A program made the translations under genes and the position numbers. A stretch of 64,000 nt of DNA, from positions 6,775-70,774 of the forward strand of contig JAGTQM010000009.1 of assembly GCA_018396755.1 (NCBI GenBank). Reading direction: 5' to 3'. A model generated the notes under the pieces. That model was not told the origin of the DNA, did not search any database, and saw nothing but the letters and a program-made list of their open reading frames with translations. The DNA comes from Candidatus Bathyarchaeota archaeon. Lineage in GTDB: Archaea; Thermoproteota; CALKCG01; B24. Shown here in pieces: positions 8,590 through 17,369 of this stretch (its first letter is position 1; each line of letters begins with the position of its first letter).

Positions 8590-9645
8590 ATGTCTATGAG
8601 TATTCTCTTTAAACCTGAGGAGTATTATCGTCGGCAGATAGCTTTGCCGGAAATGGGCTTTAAAGGGCAGAAGAACTTAAGAAGTTCCAGTGTCGCCATC
8701 GTTGGTGTAGGAGGCCTTGGGTCGGTTTCAGCTTTATACTTGGCATTAGCTGGTGTTGGAAGAATCAAGCTTATAGACCAAGATGTCGTAGAATTTAGCA
8801 ATCTCCATAGGCAGATACTATACACTATTTACGACTGCAGACTACCGAAGGCTGAGGTTGCCGCTAAGAGGATCAGAGATGTAAATCCTGAGGTTGAGGT
8901 TGAACCGATTCCAGAAAATCTAAATGAGTTGAACGCTGAACGTCTTCTCAGAAACGTAGACTGCGTTGTGGACGGTTTAGATAACATGAAGACTAGATAT
9001 TTGATAAACAGAGTATGCGTTAAACACAGAATACCATATGTTTTCGGAGGTGCTATAGGACTTGAGGGGAATGTCTCCGTATTTAAACCTCCTGAGACTC
9101 CATGCCTCGAATGCATTCTACCGGGGCTGAATGATGCTCATCTACCAACTTGTGAGACGAGGGGCGTTATAGGAGCGACTCCGGGTATAGTAGGAGCCAT
9201 ACAGACTATGGAAACCATAAAATTACTCATCGGTGTAGGAGGGGGGCTTTTAGGAAAACTTTTAGTCTGCGACTTCAAAACGATGAGCTTCGACATCTTA
9301 AAACTTGGCAAGAACCCTGGATGTATGGTCTGCGGAGAAGGCATTCAAAAGCCCGTCAAATACGAAGAAAAATTGATTTGGCTTTGTGGAAGCGATACTG
9401 TAAATGTAAATCCATCCAAACCAATGAACATAGACTTGGTTAAAGCACACGATATTTTAAGCAACAATTTTAAGATACTAGCTAAATCGTCACTCGCTCT
9501 TACGATATCCCTCCCAAAAGGAGTTGAGGCAACAATCTTCAGAAACGGTAGAATGCTCATAAGGAATGTTAAAGATGAGCAAACAGCCGTTAAAACCTAT
9601 GAAATTGTCATTCAGTATATAACTCAGTCCAGTTCTCCCGTATAA
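8590..9645 (+). CDS. moeB: MoeB/ThiF E1-like enzyme (UbaA-like) with C-terminal TBP-like extension
   Basis: YYRRQI, GVGGLG, SNLHRQ, DGLDN, PCLEC, TCETRGV, CMVC. Confidence 0.9.
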   Translation: MSMSILFKPEEYYRRQIALPEMGFKGQKNLRSSSVAIVGVGGLGSVSALYLALAGVGRIKLIDQDVVEFSNLHRQILYTIYDCRLPKAEVAAKRIRDVNPEVEVEPIPENLNELNAERLLRNVDCVVDGLDNMKTRYLINRVCVKHRIPYVFGGAIGLEGNVSVFKPPETPCLECILPGLNDAHLPTCETRGVIGATPGIVGAIQTMETIKLLIGVGGGLLGKLLVCDFKTMSFDILKLGKNPGCMVCGEGIQKPVKYEEKLIWLCGSDTVNVNPSKPMNIDLVKAHDILSNNFKILAKSSLALTISLPKGVEATIFRNGRMLIRNVKDEQTAVKTYEIVIQYITQSSSPV

Positions 9646-10546
9646 AAGACAAAATCTCTCCAGCTATGGTAATAGCTATCTTCCTCTGAGCCTCTAAAGT
9701 GCTTCCTCCAATATGAGGAGTTAATATGACGTTGTCAAGCTTCAGCAAAGGGCTGTTTGATGGAGGCTCCTCCGTAAAAACATCTAGTGCTGCACCCCCC
9801 AGCCATCTCGAAGATAAAGCTATGTAAAGGGCTTTTTCGTCTACAACAGCTCCTCTACTAGTGTTTACCAAGTATGCACCCCTCTTCATCAAAGAAAGTT
9901 CTTCGGACTTTATCATATTCCTCGTTTCATCTGTCAGCGGCACATGAATAGATACGAAATCGCTCATCTTCAGAAGCTTACTTAAATCATCTACAAGCTC
10001 TACTCCTATCTGTTCGGCCTTAGTTTTAGGAATGTATGGATCGTAAGCAATTATCTGCATACCAAACGTCTTGGCCATTACGGCGACCCTGACCCCTATC
10101 CGCCCAAGCCCAATAATGCCTAAAACTTTCCCTTTCAACTCTACACCCGTAGTCCAAGTCCCCCTCCACCCGCCGGATTTCACGTGACGATCCAATGAAG
10201 GTATTTTCCTTGCCAAGCTTATGATCAACCCTATAGTAAGCTCTGCGACTGAATCTACTGGGGCATCTGGAGCATTTATCACTTTTATGCCTTTTTGCTC
10301 AGCATGAACAATATCGATGTTATCTAAGCCACTTCCAGCTCTCGCTATGAACCTTAATCTCGGCGCCTGATCAATGATTTCTCGCGTAACTTTAACATCG
10401 CCTCGGACTACTAGTATGTCTGCATTTTTAATTTCCTCGGTTAACTTCTCAGACAATATTTCTTTAAGCTCTGCATAAGGTTTTAAAATTTCGTAAAATT
10501 CTTCATCCACACCGCCAACTATGAGGACGATAGGTTTTTCCATCAC
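9608..10546 (-). CDS. serA: D-3-phosphoglycerate dehydrogenase-like 2-hydroxyacid dehydrogenase
   Basis: RAGSGLDNID, GLGRIG, NTSRG, LDVFTEEP, TPHIGGST. Confidence 0.75.
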   Translation of the reverse strand: MMEKPIVLIVGGVDEEFYEILKPYAELKEILSEKLTEEIKNADILVVRGDVKVTREIIDQAPRLRFIARAGSGLDNIDIVHAEQKGIKVINAPDAPVDSVAELTIGLIISLARKIPSLDRHVKSGGWRGTWTTGVELKGKVLGIIGLGRIGVRVAVMAKTFGMQIIAYDPYIPKTKAEQIGVELVDDLSKLLKMSDFVSIHVPLTDETRNMIKSEELSLMKRGAYLVNTSRGAVVDEKALYIALSSRWLGGAALDVFTEEPPSNSPLLKLDNVILTPHIGGSTLEAQRKIAITIAGEILSFIRENWTELYTE

Positions 10547-10550
10547 TATT

Positions 10551-10563
10551 ATAACGACGTTAT
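10551..10563. promoter_or_regulatory. operator copy ATAACGACGTTAT upstream of the serA-like gene
   Basis: perfect consensus, extended palindrome TTATAAC-GAC-GTTATAA; TATA at 10567-10574. Confidence 0.85.
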
Positions 10564-10609
10564 AACTTTATAAATTTTTTCGAAAAGTTTTTAAGGTAGC
10601 GCTGTTGAT

Positions 10610-10622
10610 ATAACACTGTTAT
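10610..10622. promoter_or_regulatory. operator copy ATAACACTGTTAT overlapping the cysteine synthase ATG
   Basis: perfect consensus; last two bases are the AT of ATG 10621. Confidence 0.85.
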
Positions 10623-11940
10623 GACAAACATTCAGACTACATACGTAGGTGTGAACGAAGTAAAACAGCCAGTGAACGTCGATTTAAGAGAAGCAATTCC
10701 TGTATATAGGCGGATTCTTAATGAGAAAAGCGTAAGAGAACTTATTGTAGTTGAAAAGACGACTATGGTTGTTTTAAGAGGACATGGGGTTTTAGAAGCT
10801 CTGAGATTGCTTTCAGCTGATAAAGTTCCAGTGTTTCAAGTTGATTCGTCTAAAGTTAAAGTGAAAAGTCTGCAACCAGGTTTAAGACCTATAACGTTAG
10901 AGGCTGTCATTAAAGCTGGAGTTGAAGGCCCAAGGCTTCCGTATAAGAGCTTCGACGTTCAGATTGAAGAGGAGATTCCCAGCATAGAAGTAGATTTAAA
11001 TGAGTTGAATGTTTGGAAGAGGGTAGGAGGAAGACGACTTAGAGTATATGATAGTACTATGGAGTTACTCTATGAAGACTGGCCGACGCCTCTAGTTAAA
11101 CTACGGTTCTTCTCCTCAGAGGATAGGAGCGTTTGGGCTAAGCTTGAAGGAGCTAATCCATACAGTAACAGCGTTAAAGATAGAATAGGGTGGTCTATGA
11201 TTATGAGTGCTCTTGAAGAGGGGAAACTGGGCGATATATTGTATGAAGCTACTTCAACTAATACTGGAATAGCCATAACAGCTATAGCAAACCTCCTAGG
11301 GAGGAAGACAAGACTGTTTATACCAAAAACCATTCAGAAGGCTAGCGACGTTTTTCTTAAGGTTCTGGGAGCAGATGTTGTAAGAGTACCTGTAGGTTTG
11401 ACCGTGGAAGCTATAGAAGAAGTTGATGCCAAGTCTAAATCCGAGGGGGCTACTCACTTAAATCAGTTTGAGAATGATGCGAATTTCAAAGTACATCTGA
11501 AGTATACAGCTAAGGAGATAGATGAGCAACTTGAAAGCCGTGGGCTTAAACCAGACTGCATCGTAGGAGGCTTAGGAACCTCAGGACATATGAGCGCTAT
11601 ATCCATTTACTTCAAAAGTAAATACGGAGGTTCTGTGAAAATAGTAGGCGTTCAACCTGCTCCCAATGAGGTGATTCCTGGAATACGTAGAATTGAAACA
11701 GGTATGAAATGGATTCACTGGGTAGATTTTGACCAAGTTATAGACGTTAAAAGGAATGAGGCTATAGAAGGTGCTTTAACCGTCGCTAGAAAAGAGGGGC
11801 TCTTAATAGGCTTAAGTGCTGGAGCAGTTTTCCACGCATTCACTAAGATCGCTGAAGACGGGGGGGTTTATGTCTTGGTATTTCCAGACACTGGCTACAA
11901 ATATGTAGAACAATTTGAAGAATACTTTCATAGTGTGTAA
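10621..11940 (+). CDS. cysteine synthase/O-phosphoserine sulfhydrylase with N-terminal ParB/SerK-like domain
   Basis: C-terminal PTPLV, SVKDR, ATSTNTG, GLGTSGH, GLSAGA; N-terminal ~130 aa ParB/Srx-like (VVLRGHG, VPV). Confidence 0.85.
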   Translation: MTNIQTTYVGVNEVKQPVNVDLREAIPVYRRILNEKSVRELIVVEKTTMVVLRGHGVLEALRLLSADKVPVFQVDSSKVKVKSLQPGLRPITLEAVIKAGVEGPRLPYKSFDVQIEEEIPSIEVDLNELNVWKRVGGRRLRVYDSTMELLYEDWPTPLVKLRFFSSEDRSVWAKLEGANPYSNSVKDRIGWSMIMSALEEGKLGDILYEATSTNTGIAITAIANLLGRKTRLFIPKTIQKASDVFLKVLGADVVRVPVGLTVEAIEEVDAKSKSEGATHLNQFENDANFKVHLKYTAKEIDEQLESRGLKPDCIVGGLGTSGHMSAISIYFKSKYGGSVKIVGVQPAPNEVIPGIRRIETGMKWIHWVDFDQVIDVKRNEAIEGALTVARKEGLLIGLSAGAVFHAFTKIAEDGGVYVLVFPDTGYKYVEQFEEYFHSV

Positions 11941-11949
11941 CAATGTTAA
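11937..11949. promoter_or_regulatory. operator-like copy GTAACAATGTTAA at the cysteine synthase/JAMM junction
   Basis: intact TAAC-AAT-GTTA core spanning the TAA ending at 11940 and ATG 11943. Confidence 0.5.
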
Positions 11950-12383
11950 AGATCGCTAAAGCCGTTTTTAAACAGTTGGTAGAAGCGTGTAAAGAGGAGT
12001 TCCCCAGAGAAGCTTGTGGGCTTATAGCTGGAGTCAAAGGGAATGAGGATTCATTCGCTATAAAGATCTATCCTTTAAGAAACATAGCTAAATCGTCATT
12101 CACCTATGAGACAGATGCGGAAGAAGTGTATAATGCTTTCATCAACATAGAAGAAACTGGATTAAGTATCCTAGGTGTATATCATAGCCATCCATTTAGC
12201 CAAGCTGAGCCATCTGAATTGGATAGGAGAAACGCTTTCTACCCAGGCATGATACACGTGATCGTTTCACTCATAGGAGATGTTGCTGACGTTAAAGCCT
12301 ACTTATGGAGCGGGGAGGAGTTCACCGAATACCCCATCTCTATAGAGGAAGAACAGGCGAAGCTAGTACAAAGTTTTATATAA
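11943..12383 (+). CDS. JAMM/MPN+ metalloprotease (Mec/desampylase-like)
   Basis: EACG, YHSHP....PSELD. Confidence 0.9.
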   Translation: MLKIAKAVFKQLVEACKEEFPREACGLIAGVKGNEDSFAIKIYPLRNIAKSSFTYETDAEEVYNAFINIEETGLSILGVYHSHPFSQAEPSELDRRNAFYPGMIHVIVSLIGDVADVKAYLWSGEEFTEYPISIEEEQAKLVQSFI

Positions 12384-12392
12384 CTGAGTAAT
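12380..12392. promoter_or_regulatory. operator copy ATAACTGAGTAAT upstream of the HTH regulator (possible autoregulation)
   Basis: directly follows TATA TTTTATATA (12374-12382); spacer deviates from RNY. Confidence 0.6.
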
Positions 12393-12412
12393 ATTAATAT
12401 TTTTGAAGTCTT

Positions 12413-12748
12413 ATGCATTTAAAACCTCCATGTGAATTATCCGTTAAATTTATCCTACCAGCCATAAGACTTCTCATAGCTAAAAAACTCATAGAAAAAT
12501 ACAACTTCACTCAAACTTCAGCTGCTAAAGCTCTAGGTACTACACAGGCTGCTATAAGCCATTATATGCACTCGAAACGCGGATGGAGGCTTGCTGAGAG
12601 GTTGATGAAGATGGAGGATGTTAGAGAGTTTATAGAAAAATCTGCAGAGAAAATCGCTACGTCTGAAATACATAACGTAGATGTTTTAGACGTATGTCAA
12701 CTTTGCAAAATAACTCAGAAGTATGTAAGTGAATTTGAAAAATCATAA
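12413..12748 (+). CDS. HTH transcriptional regulator, COG2522-like (ThiR DNA-binding-domain family), with Cys motifs
   Basis: PPCE..LPAIR..TQ..AAKALGTTQAAISHY..KRG; C-terminal CQLC. Confidence 0.8.
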   Translation: MHLKPPCELSVKFILPAIRLLIAKKLIEKYNFTQTSAAKALGTTQAAISHYMHSKRGWRLAERLMKMEDVREFIEKSAEKIATSEIHNVDVLDVCQLCKITQKYVSEFEKS

Positions 12749-12763
12749 TTTCCAAAGCTGAAT

Positions 12764-13162
12764 TTAAAAAACTACGAGTGATATAGCTCTCATTGGACAT
12801 GCATCTACGCATAAACCGCAAGCTACACATTTATCTTCATCAAAGATTATAGAGTAATCACCGGACATTTTAATCACATCAACTGGACAAAGAGACAGAC
12901 ATTCACCACAATGTATGCATCTATCTAAATCAACAGATATTGTCCTTTTAATTACGATTTCAACCCCTTTACTTTTAAAAGCTTCAATTACATTCTCTGC
13001 AAAAACATCTGGTATTTCTACGAGCATTTCCCCACCTTTCTCGTGAATAGAAGCCTTTAAAATGTTTAATTTAACCCCTTTCTCAAGTATTACAGTTGAA
13101 GTTATGGGTTCATTCATAAGTCCGCCGTGGAACCTTAATAATACTTTAACCATATCTATCAC
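12764..13162 (-). CDS. NIL-domain ferredoxin (partner of the DUF39 homocysteine enzyme)
   Basis: LNILKA NIL motif plus two CxxCxxCxxxCP clusters. Confidence 0.85.
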   Translation of the reverse strand: MIDMVKVLLRFHGGLMNEPITSTVILEKGVKLNILKASIHEKGGEMLVEIPDVFAENVIEAFKSKGVEIVIKRTISVDLDRCIHCGECLSLCPVDVIKMSGDYSIIFDEDKCVACGLCVDACPMRAISLVVF

Positions 13163-13164
13163 CT

Positions 13165-14346
13165 TTAAACAATCCTTTTCATAATAGCTTTTTCTTTCAT
13201 AGGTTTAAATACCGAGCCTCTAGGCAAGTTTTCAACAGGCTTAGATAAGTAGAAGAACCCCTCTTCAATCCATTTCTTCAAGGTTTCAGCTACTTCTATA
13301 GCTCCTTTAAGACTTGATAATGAGCTGACTTTCACAGTTTTCCCCAGTATTTCTACTTTCCCAGATTTAAGTTCTCTATAAGAGACTTCTCTTAGAATTG
13401 GTCTAGTCCTTCTTGGAATACCATAATCTAATATTTTAACGGTTATCTGCTCATCTGTTACTGCAGCGCTTTTAGCGATTTTTAAGTTCAGTATAGGCAT
13501 TGGTATACCTAGACCGACATAAATAGATGTCCCATAACGGGTAATGGCAGCCCCTCTAACAAATTTGGGATCCATATCCATACAGTTTCCTTTGACCATT
13601 AAAGTTCCCATTTGATTCCCCGGATCATGTTGAGTACCTTCACCTATGACATAGCCTTTTGCTCCCCCTAGAAATATCCTAGTTCCAATACCTATCGTTT
13701 CGTAGTCAGGGTCGTTCATTAATGGGTTTAATTCACCAGCTCCTGAGAAAGTAGCATTACCGTAATGCGGTAATAGTTTACCCATGTAAGTATATATTGT
13801 GACATCCCTGCTATTAGTTGCGCAAACGTACTTCTGGTAAGCATTTCTAAAATTCAACATGTAAAATTGATTTAAATCATACTTAGTCAATGTAGTTTCA
13901 AGCCTAGTCCTAGGGTAACAGTCTGTTCCATAAGCCGTAGCCTTCAACTCAACTTCTTTTCCGCTTATCAAGTCTTCTATAACGTGGCCTCCCCCGTATT
14001 CGAATGGTTTGACTTCAGACATCTGAGTAGCACCTATGTATAGGTCCACTGCTGCTCCCGGGTGGCAAACAGAGACGTCATTAATCCATGCTTTATCTAT
14101 CTTAATAGGTGGGTCTGAATGACCTAAATTTATCACAGCACCAGAAGAGCACATAGCCCCAAAGGTTCCCGTTGTTACAACGTCAACTTCTTTGGCAACT
14201 GCTTCAACACCTTTATCTTTGACTAGGCGTTTAAATTCATCAGCCCTTAGAACTACGACATCTCCCTTTCTAATCTTCTCATTTATTTCTTCGTATGTCC
14301 TTATGGGTTTCTCCAACTCATAATTACTTGTCAAGGTTTTCACCAA
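13165..14346 (-). CDS. L-aspartate semialdehyde sulfurtransferase/homocysteine biosynthesis protein (DUF39, no CBS domains)
   Basis: VDVVTTGTFGAMCSSG, YGGGHVIEDL, YGTDCYPR, NDPDYETIGIGTRIFLGG; adjacent NIL-ferredoxin. Confidence 0.9.
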   Translation of the reverse strand: MVKTLTSNYELEKPIRTYEEINEKIRKGDVVVLRADEFKRLVKDKGVEAVAKEVDVVTTGTFGAMCSSGAVINLGHSDPPIKIDKAWINDVSVCHPGAAVDLYIGATQMSEVKPFEYGGGHVIEDLISGKEVELKATAYGTDCYPRTRLETTLTKYDLNQFYMLNFRNAYQKYVCATNSRDVTIYTYMGKLLPHYGNATFSGAGELNPLMNDPDYETIGIGTRIFLGGAKGYVIGEGTQHDPGNQMGTLMVKGNCMDMDPKFVRGAAITRYGTSIYVGLGIPMPILNLKIAKSAAVTDEQITVKILDYGIPRRTRPILREVSYRELKSGKVEILGKTVKVSSLSSLKGAIEVAETLKKWIEEGFFYLSKPVENLPRGSVFKPMKEKAIMKRIV

Positions 14347-14357
14347 AACAGTGTTAT
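14345..14357. promoter_or_regulatory. operator copy AAAACAGTGTTAT at the DUF39 start
   Basis: 1 mismatch; abuts the start codon, TATA-like TTTAAATA about 20 bp upstream. Confidence 0.8.
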
Positions 14358-14421
14358 ATCATTAATTTAAATGTATTTAAATATTTTTCTCAGAAATATG
14401 ATTCATAGTGATATTTCACAT

Positions 14422-15207
14422 TTAAGTTAATGTTAGCCTCTCAGGATGAGTGTATATGTTGCATCTAGACCCCCTCATAAACCCTATAAGTGTTACTCCC
14501 AATTGTGTAGCTAACGATACTCCAAGAGATGTTGGAGCAGATATCGAGGCAAGTATCGGTATGCCTACTCTAGCGACTTTTAAAACGATCTCAGATGAAA
14601 GCCTCCCGCTACATACCAAGAGCGTATGGTTAAAGTACGGGGATTCCCTTAGAGCATAGGCTCCAACAGCCTTATCCACGGCATTATGCCGTCCTACGTC
14701 TTCACATAAAATTTTCATCCCCATAGTATCAGCGATAAGTGCCGCATGAACTCCTCCAGTCCTCCTATATAAGGATGCATCTAAGTTGAGTTTCCCTACG
14801 AGTTTAAAAATTTCGTTAAGAGGCCATTGAATGTTTGATTGCACTCTCTTAGCTGGAAGATTTTCAACGAGTTCTTCTGAAGAATGCCCACACATGGTTT
14901 TAACTGTATCGATTACCTTAGCGTTATGTAACTTTATTCTTTCCTCAACCGTTGTCGAAGCCTCTATATGAGCTTCGCTATCCTTCACATCTATCCTGAT
15001 TACTTCTTCTAGATTTTTTATAAATCCCTCAGTTATAAGATGACCTATGGCTAATTCCACAAGTTCTTGAGGGGTTACGTAAAGTACTCTTAATCGTTTT
15101 CCATTAATGTAAATGGCTATTGGTGTCTCTACGGCTACTTCATCCTTAACTTCATCTATACGTCCATGTATGAACCTTGAAATAGCGTATTTGACTGATA
15201 CCTTCAT
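14422..15207 (-). CDS. fdhD: FdhD-family sulfurtransferase
   Basis: VAVETP, TMCG, TGGVHAA, EDVGRHNAVDK, SGRLSSE, SAPT. Confidence 0.9.
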   Translation of the reverse strand: MKVSVKYAISRFIHGRIDEVKDEVAVETPIAIYINGKRLRVLYVTPQELVELAIGHLITEGFIKNLEEVIRIDVKDSEAHIEASTTVEERIKLHNAKVIDTVKTMCGHSSEELVENLPAKRVQSNIQWPLNEIFKLVGKLNLDASLYRRTGGVHAALIADTMGMKILCEDVGRHNAVDKAVGAYALRESPYFNHTLLVCSGRLSSEIVLKVARVGIPILASISAPTSLGVSLATQLGVTLIGFMRGSRCNIYTHPERLTLT

Positions 15208-15222
15208 AATCTCTCCGACTTA

Positions 15223-16095
15223 TCATGGTTTATCTTTTCTAAAAACAGTTTCGTTAAGGCTTCCGGATTTATATCCGTAAAGATCTAAAGTCACGTATAT
15301 ATATCCTAGACTTCTAAGTTTACTCCAAATACTATTCATGACATTCTCATCGAAAAAGACTTTTCTCTCATCTCTACCGACTTCGATTCTAGCGATATAG
15401 CCATGGTCTCTAACTCGAACTTGTCTAACTCCAGTAAGTTGTCTTATATAAGTTTCTGCTTCCGAAATTCTTCTAAGTCTTTCGTAGGTTACTTCTACAC
15501 CATATGGAATTCTTGAAGCTAAACAAGCCATAGAAGGCTTATCTGCCGTAGGAAGCCCTACGATTTTCGAAATCAACCGTACATCACTTTTAGTGAGACC
15601 TACTTCAGCTAGCGGACTTCTCACTCCAAATTCCTTTAAAGCTTTGAGACCAGGTCTAAAATCTCGATGGTCGTCAGCATTAGAGCCGTCAACTATCACT
15701 TTTAAACCCTCTTCTTCGGCTATTTTACTCAACACCTTTAACAGAGACCTTTTGCAGTAGTAGCATCTATCTGGAGGATTCTTAACAAACTCGCCATCGC
15801 TTAATTCATCGACTTTAACTATTCTATGTTTAATCCCTATGAAACGTGCAATTTTAATAGCGTCTTCAAGTTCACCCGGTGGAAGAGTTAGCGAATCCGC
15901 TGTAACGGCTAAACTCTTATCATCTAAAGCTTTGTAAGTAACATATGCCACAAGAGTGCTATCAACTCCACCAGAGAAAGCGACCAACACGCTATTCTTA
16001 TCATTGAACCAATTTATGAGCTTCTCCAATAGAGCTTGAGCCTTTAAGACGGATTCATTTTTACATTCTAAGTGTTTAGGCTTTCCAGTCATCAC
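15223..16095 (-). CDS. larE: LarE-family ATP-dependent sulfur insertase
   Basis: AFSGGVDS, RCYYCK, DFRPG, ACLASRIPYG, VRVRDH, YVTLDL. Confidence 0.9.
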   Translation of the reverse strand: MMTGKPKHLECKNESVLKAQALLEKLINWFNDKNSVLVAFSGGVDSTLVAYVTYKALDDKSLAVTADSLTLPPGELEDAIKIARFIGIKHRIVKVDELSDGEFVKNPPDRCYYCKRSLLKVLSKIAEEEGLKVIVDGSNADDHRDFRPGLKALKEFGVRSPLAEVGLTKSDVRLISKIVGLPTADKPSMACLASRIPYGVEVTYERLRRISEAETYIRQLTGVRQVRVRDHGYIARIEVGRDERKVFFDENVMNSIWSKLRSLGYIYVTLDLYGYKSGSLNETVFRKDKP

Positions 16096-16105
16096 ATATC
16101 AAATT

Positions 16106-16118
16106 ATAACGCTGTTTT
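16106..16118. promoter_or_regulatory. operator copy ATAACGCTGTTTT upstream of larE-fdhD
   Basis: 1 mismatch; overlaps TATA TTTATAAA at ~16116-16123. Confidence 0.75.
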
Positions 16119-16183
16119 ATAAAGTTACTCAATCTATGTAAAGAAAATATTAACATAACGTTTAAAAGACTTTCTAAGCAATA

Positions 16184-17308
16184 ATGGTTTCAGTATTCAT
16201 GAAGCCTAAATTGGTCCTTATTGGAGGCTTTCTAGGAAGTGGAAAGACAACACTACTACTCAGACTAGGCGAGGCGCTGACGAATGAGCATGGAAAACGA
16301 GTGGTCATGATAACGAATGACCAGGGAGAAGTTTTAGTGGATAGTGTTATAGCTAAAGACTACGGTTTTGAAACAGCGGAGATCATCAGAGGATGCTTCT
16401 GTTGCAACTTTCAAATTTTCATTAAACACGCTCAGAAGATTTTAGAGGAGCTAAGGCCAGATGTTATTCTCGCAGAACCAGTTGGAAGCTGTAGCGGTCT
16501 GATGCCAACACTCTACAGGCCTATACAGGAATTCTACTCTGGTGAATTCAAACTCGCTCCGTTAATAATCATGGTAGATGCATCTAGACTTCTTAAACTT
16601 CACCAGGAGATAAACCTTTTAGATGCTGGAGACCCTATAGCCTATCTCATAGCGTCGCAGATAAAAGAGGGGGAGATAATGTGTATAAATAAAGTAGACT
16701 TGGTGGACGATTCAACCATTATGGACACCCTTAGTCTTTTGAGAAGAATGAGACCTGAAGCTGAGTTTGTACTGACGTCAGCTAAATTCAACGTTGGAGT
16801 TGATAAAGTAGTAGACGTGATTCTTAAAGGTGTTTCTAGAAGACTACCATACCCTGATGTAGATATGATCAAGTATACAGAGGCTGAGCTTGAACTCGCA
16901 TGGTTCGATGGACTTTACGAAGTTAAATCGGAGGGAAGTTTTAACCCGATGGATTTCATTAAAGAAGTTTTAGAAGACGTTGTTGGGCAAATAGCAAGTC
17001 ATAATGGATTTATCGCCCATGTAAAAGCATATCTGAGAACACCCAATAGGGCATTTAAAGCCAGCGTCACCTCAACAGATTCCAACGTTGATATAGGTGG
17101 GCCTGAAAGCGTTGAACACACCAACTCTGGGGTATTGTTGGTAAACGCTAGAGTCAAACTCAGCCCTGAGAAACTGAGCGAAATAGTAAACATCGCATTA
17201 GAAAAAAAGGCTTTAAAGTACAATGTTACTCTTCCCAAGATTAGAGCTGAGGCTTACAGACCTAAACCTCCTAAGCCTCAGTTCTATATCCCATATTCTA
17301 GAGGCTAG
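16184..17308 (+). CDS. CobW/G3E-family metallochaperone GTPase
   Basis: GGFLGSGKTT, GCFCC, AEPVGSC, NKVD, HVKA. Confidence 0.85.
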   Translation: MVSVFMKPKLVLIGGFLGSGKTTLLLRLGEALTNEHGKRVVMITNDQGEVLVDSVIAKDYGFETAEIIRGCFCCNFQIFIKHAQKILEELRPDVILAEPVGSCSGLMPTLYRPIQEFYSGEFKLAPLIIMVDASRLLKLHQEINLLDAGDPIAYLIASQIKEGEIMCINKVDLVDDSTIMDTLSLLRRMRPEAEFVLTSAKFNVGVDKVVDVILKGVSRRLPYPDVDMIKYTEAELELAWFDGLYEVKSEGSFNPMDFIKEVLEDVVGQIASHNGFIAHVKAYLRTPNRAFKASVTSTDSNVDIGGPESVEHTNSGVLLVNARVKLSPEKLSEIVNIALEKKALKYNVTLPKIRAEAYRPKPPKPQFYIPYSRG

Positions 17309-17341
17309 GTCGTAGACATTCGGGATGGAATAAAGACTTAA

Positions 17342-17354
17342 ATAACAGTGTTAA
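17342..17354. promoter_or_regulatory. operator copy ATAACAGTGTTAA upstream of the second SAMP
   Basis: 1 mismatch; overlaps TATA CTTAAATA at 17337-17344. Confidence 0.8.
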
Positions 17355-17369
17355 GTTTTTATATGGATA

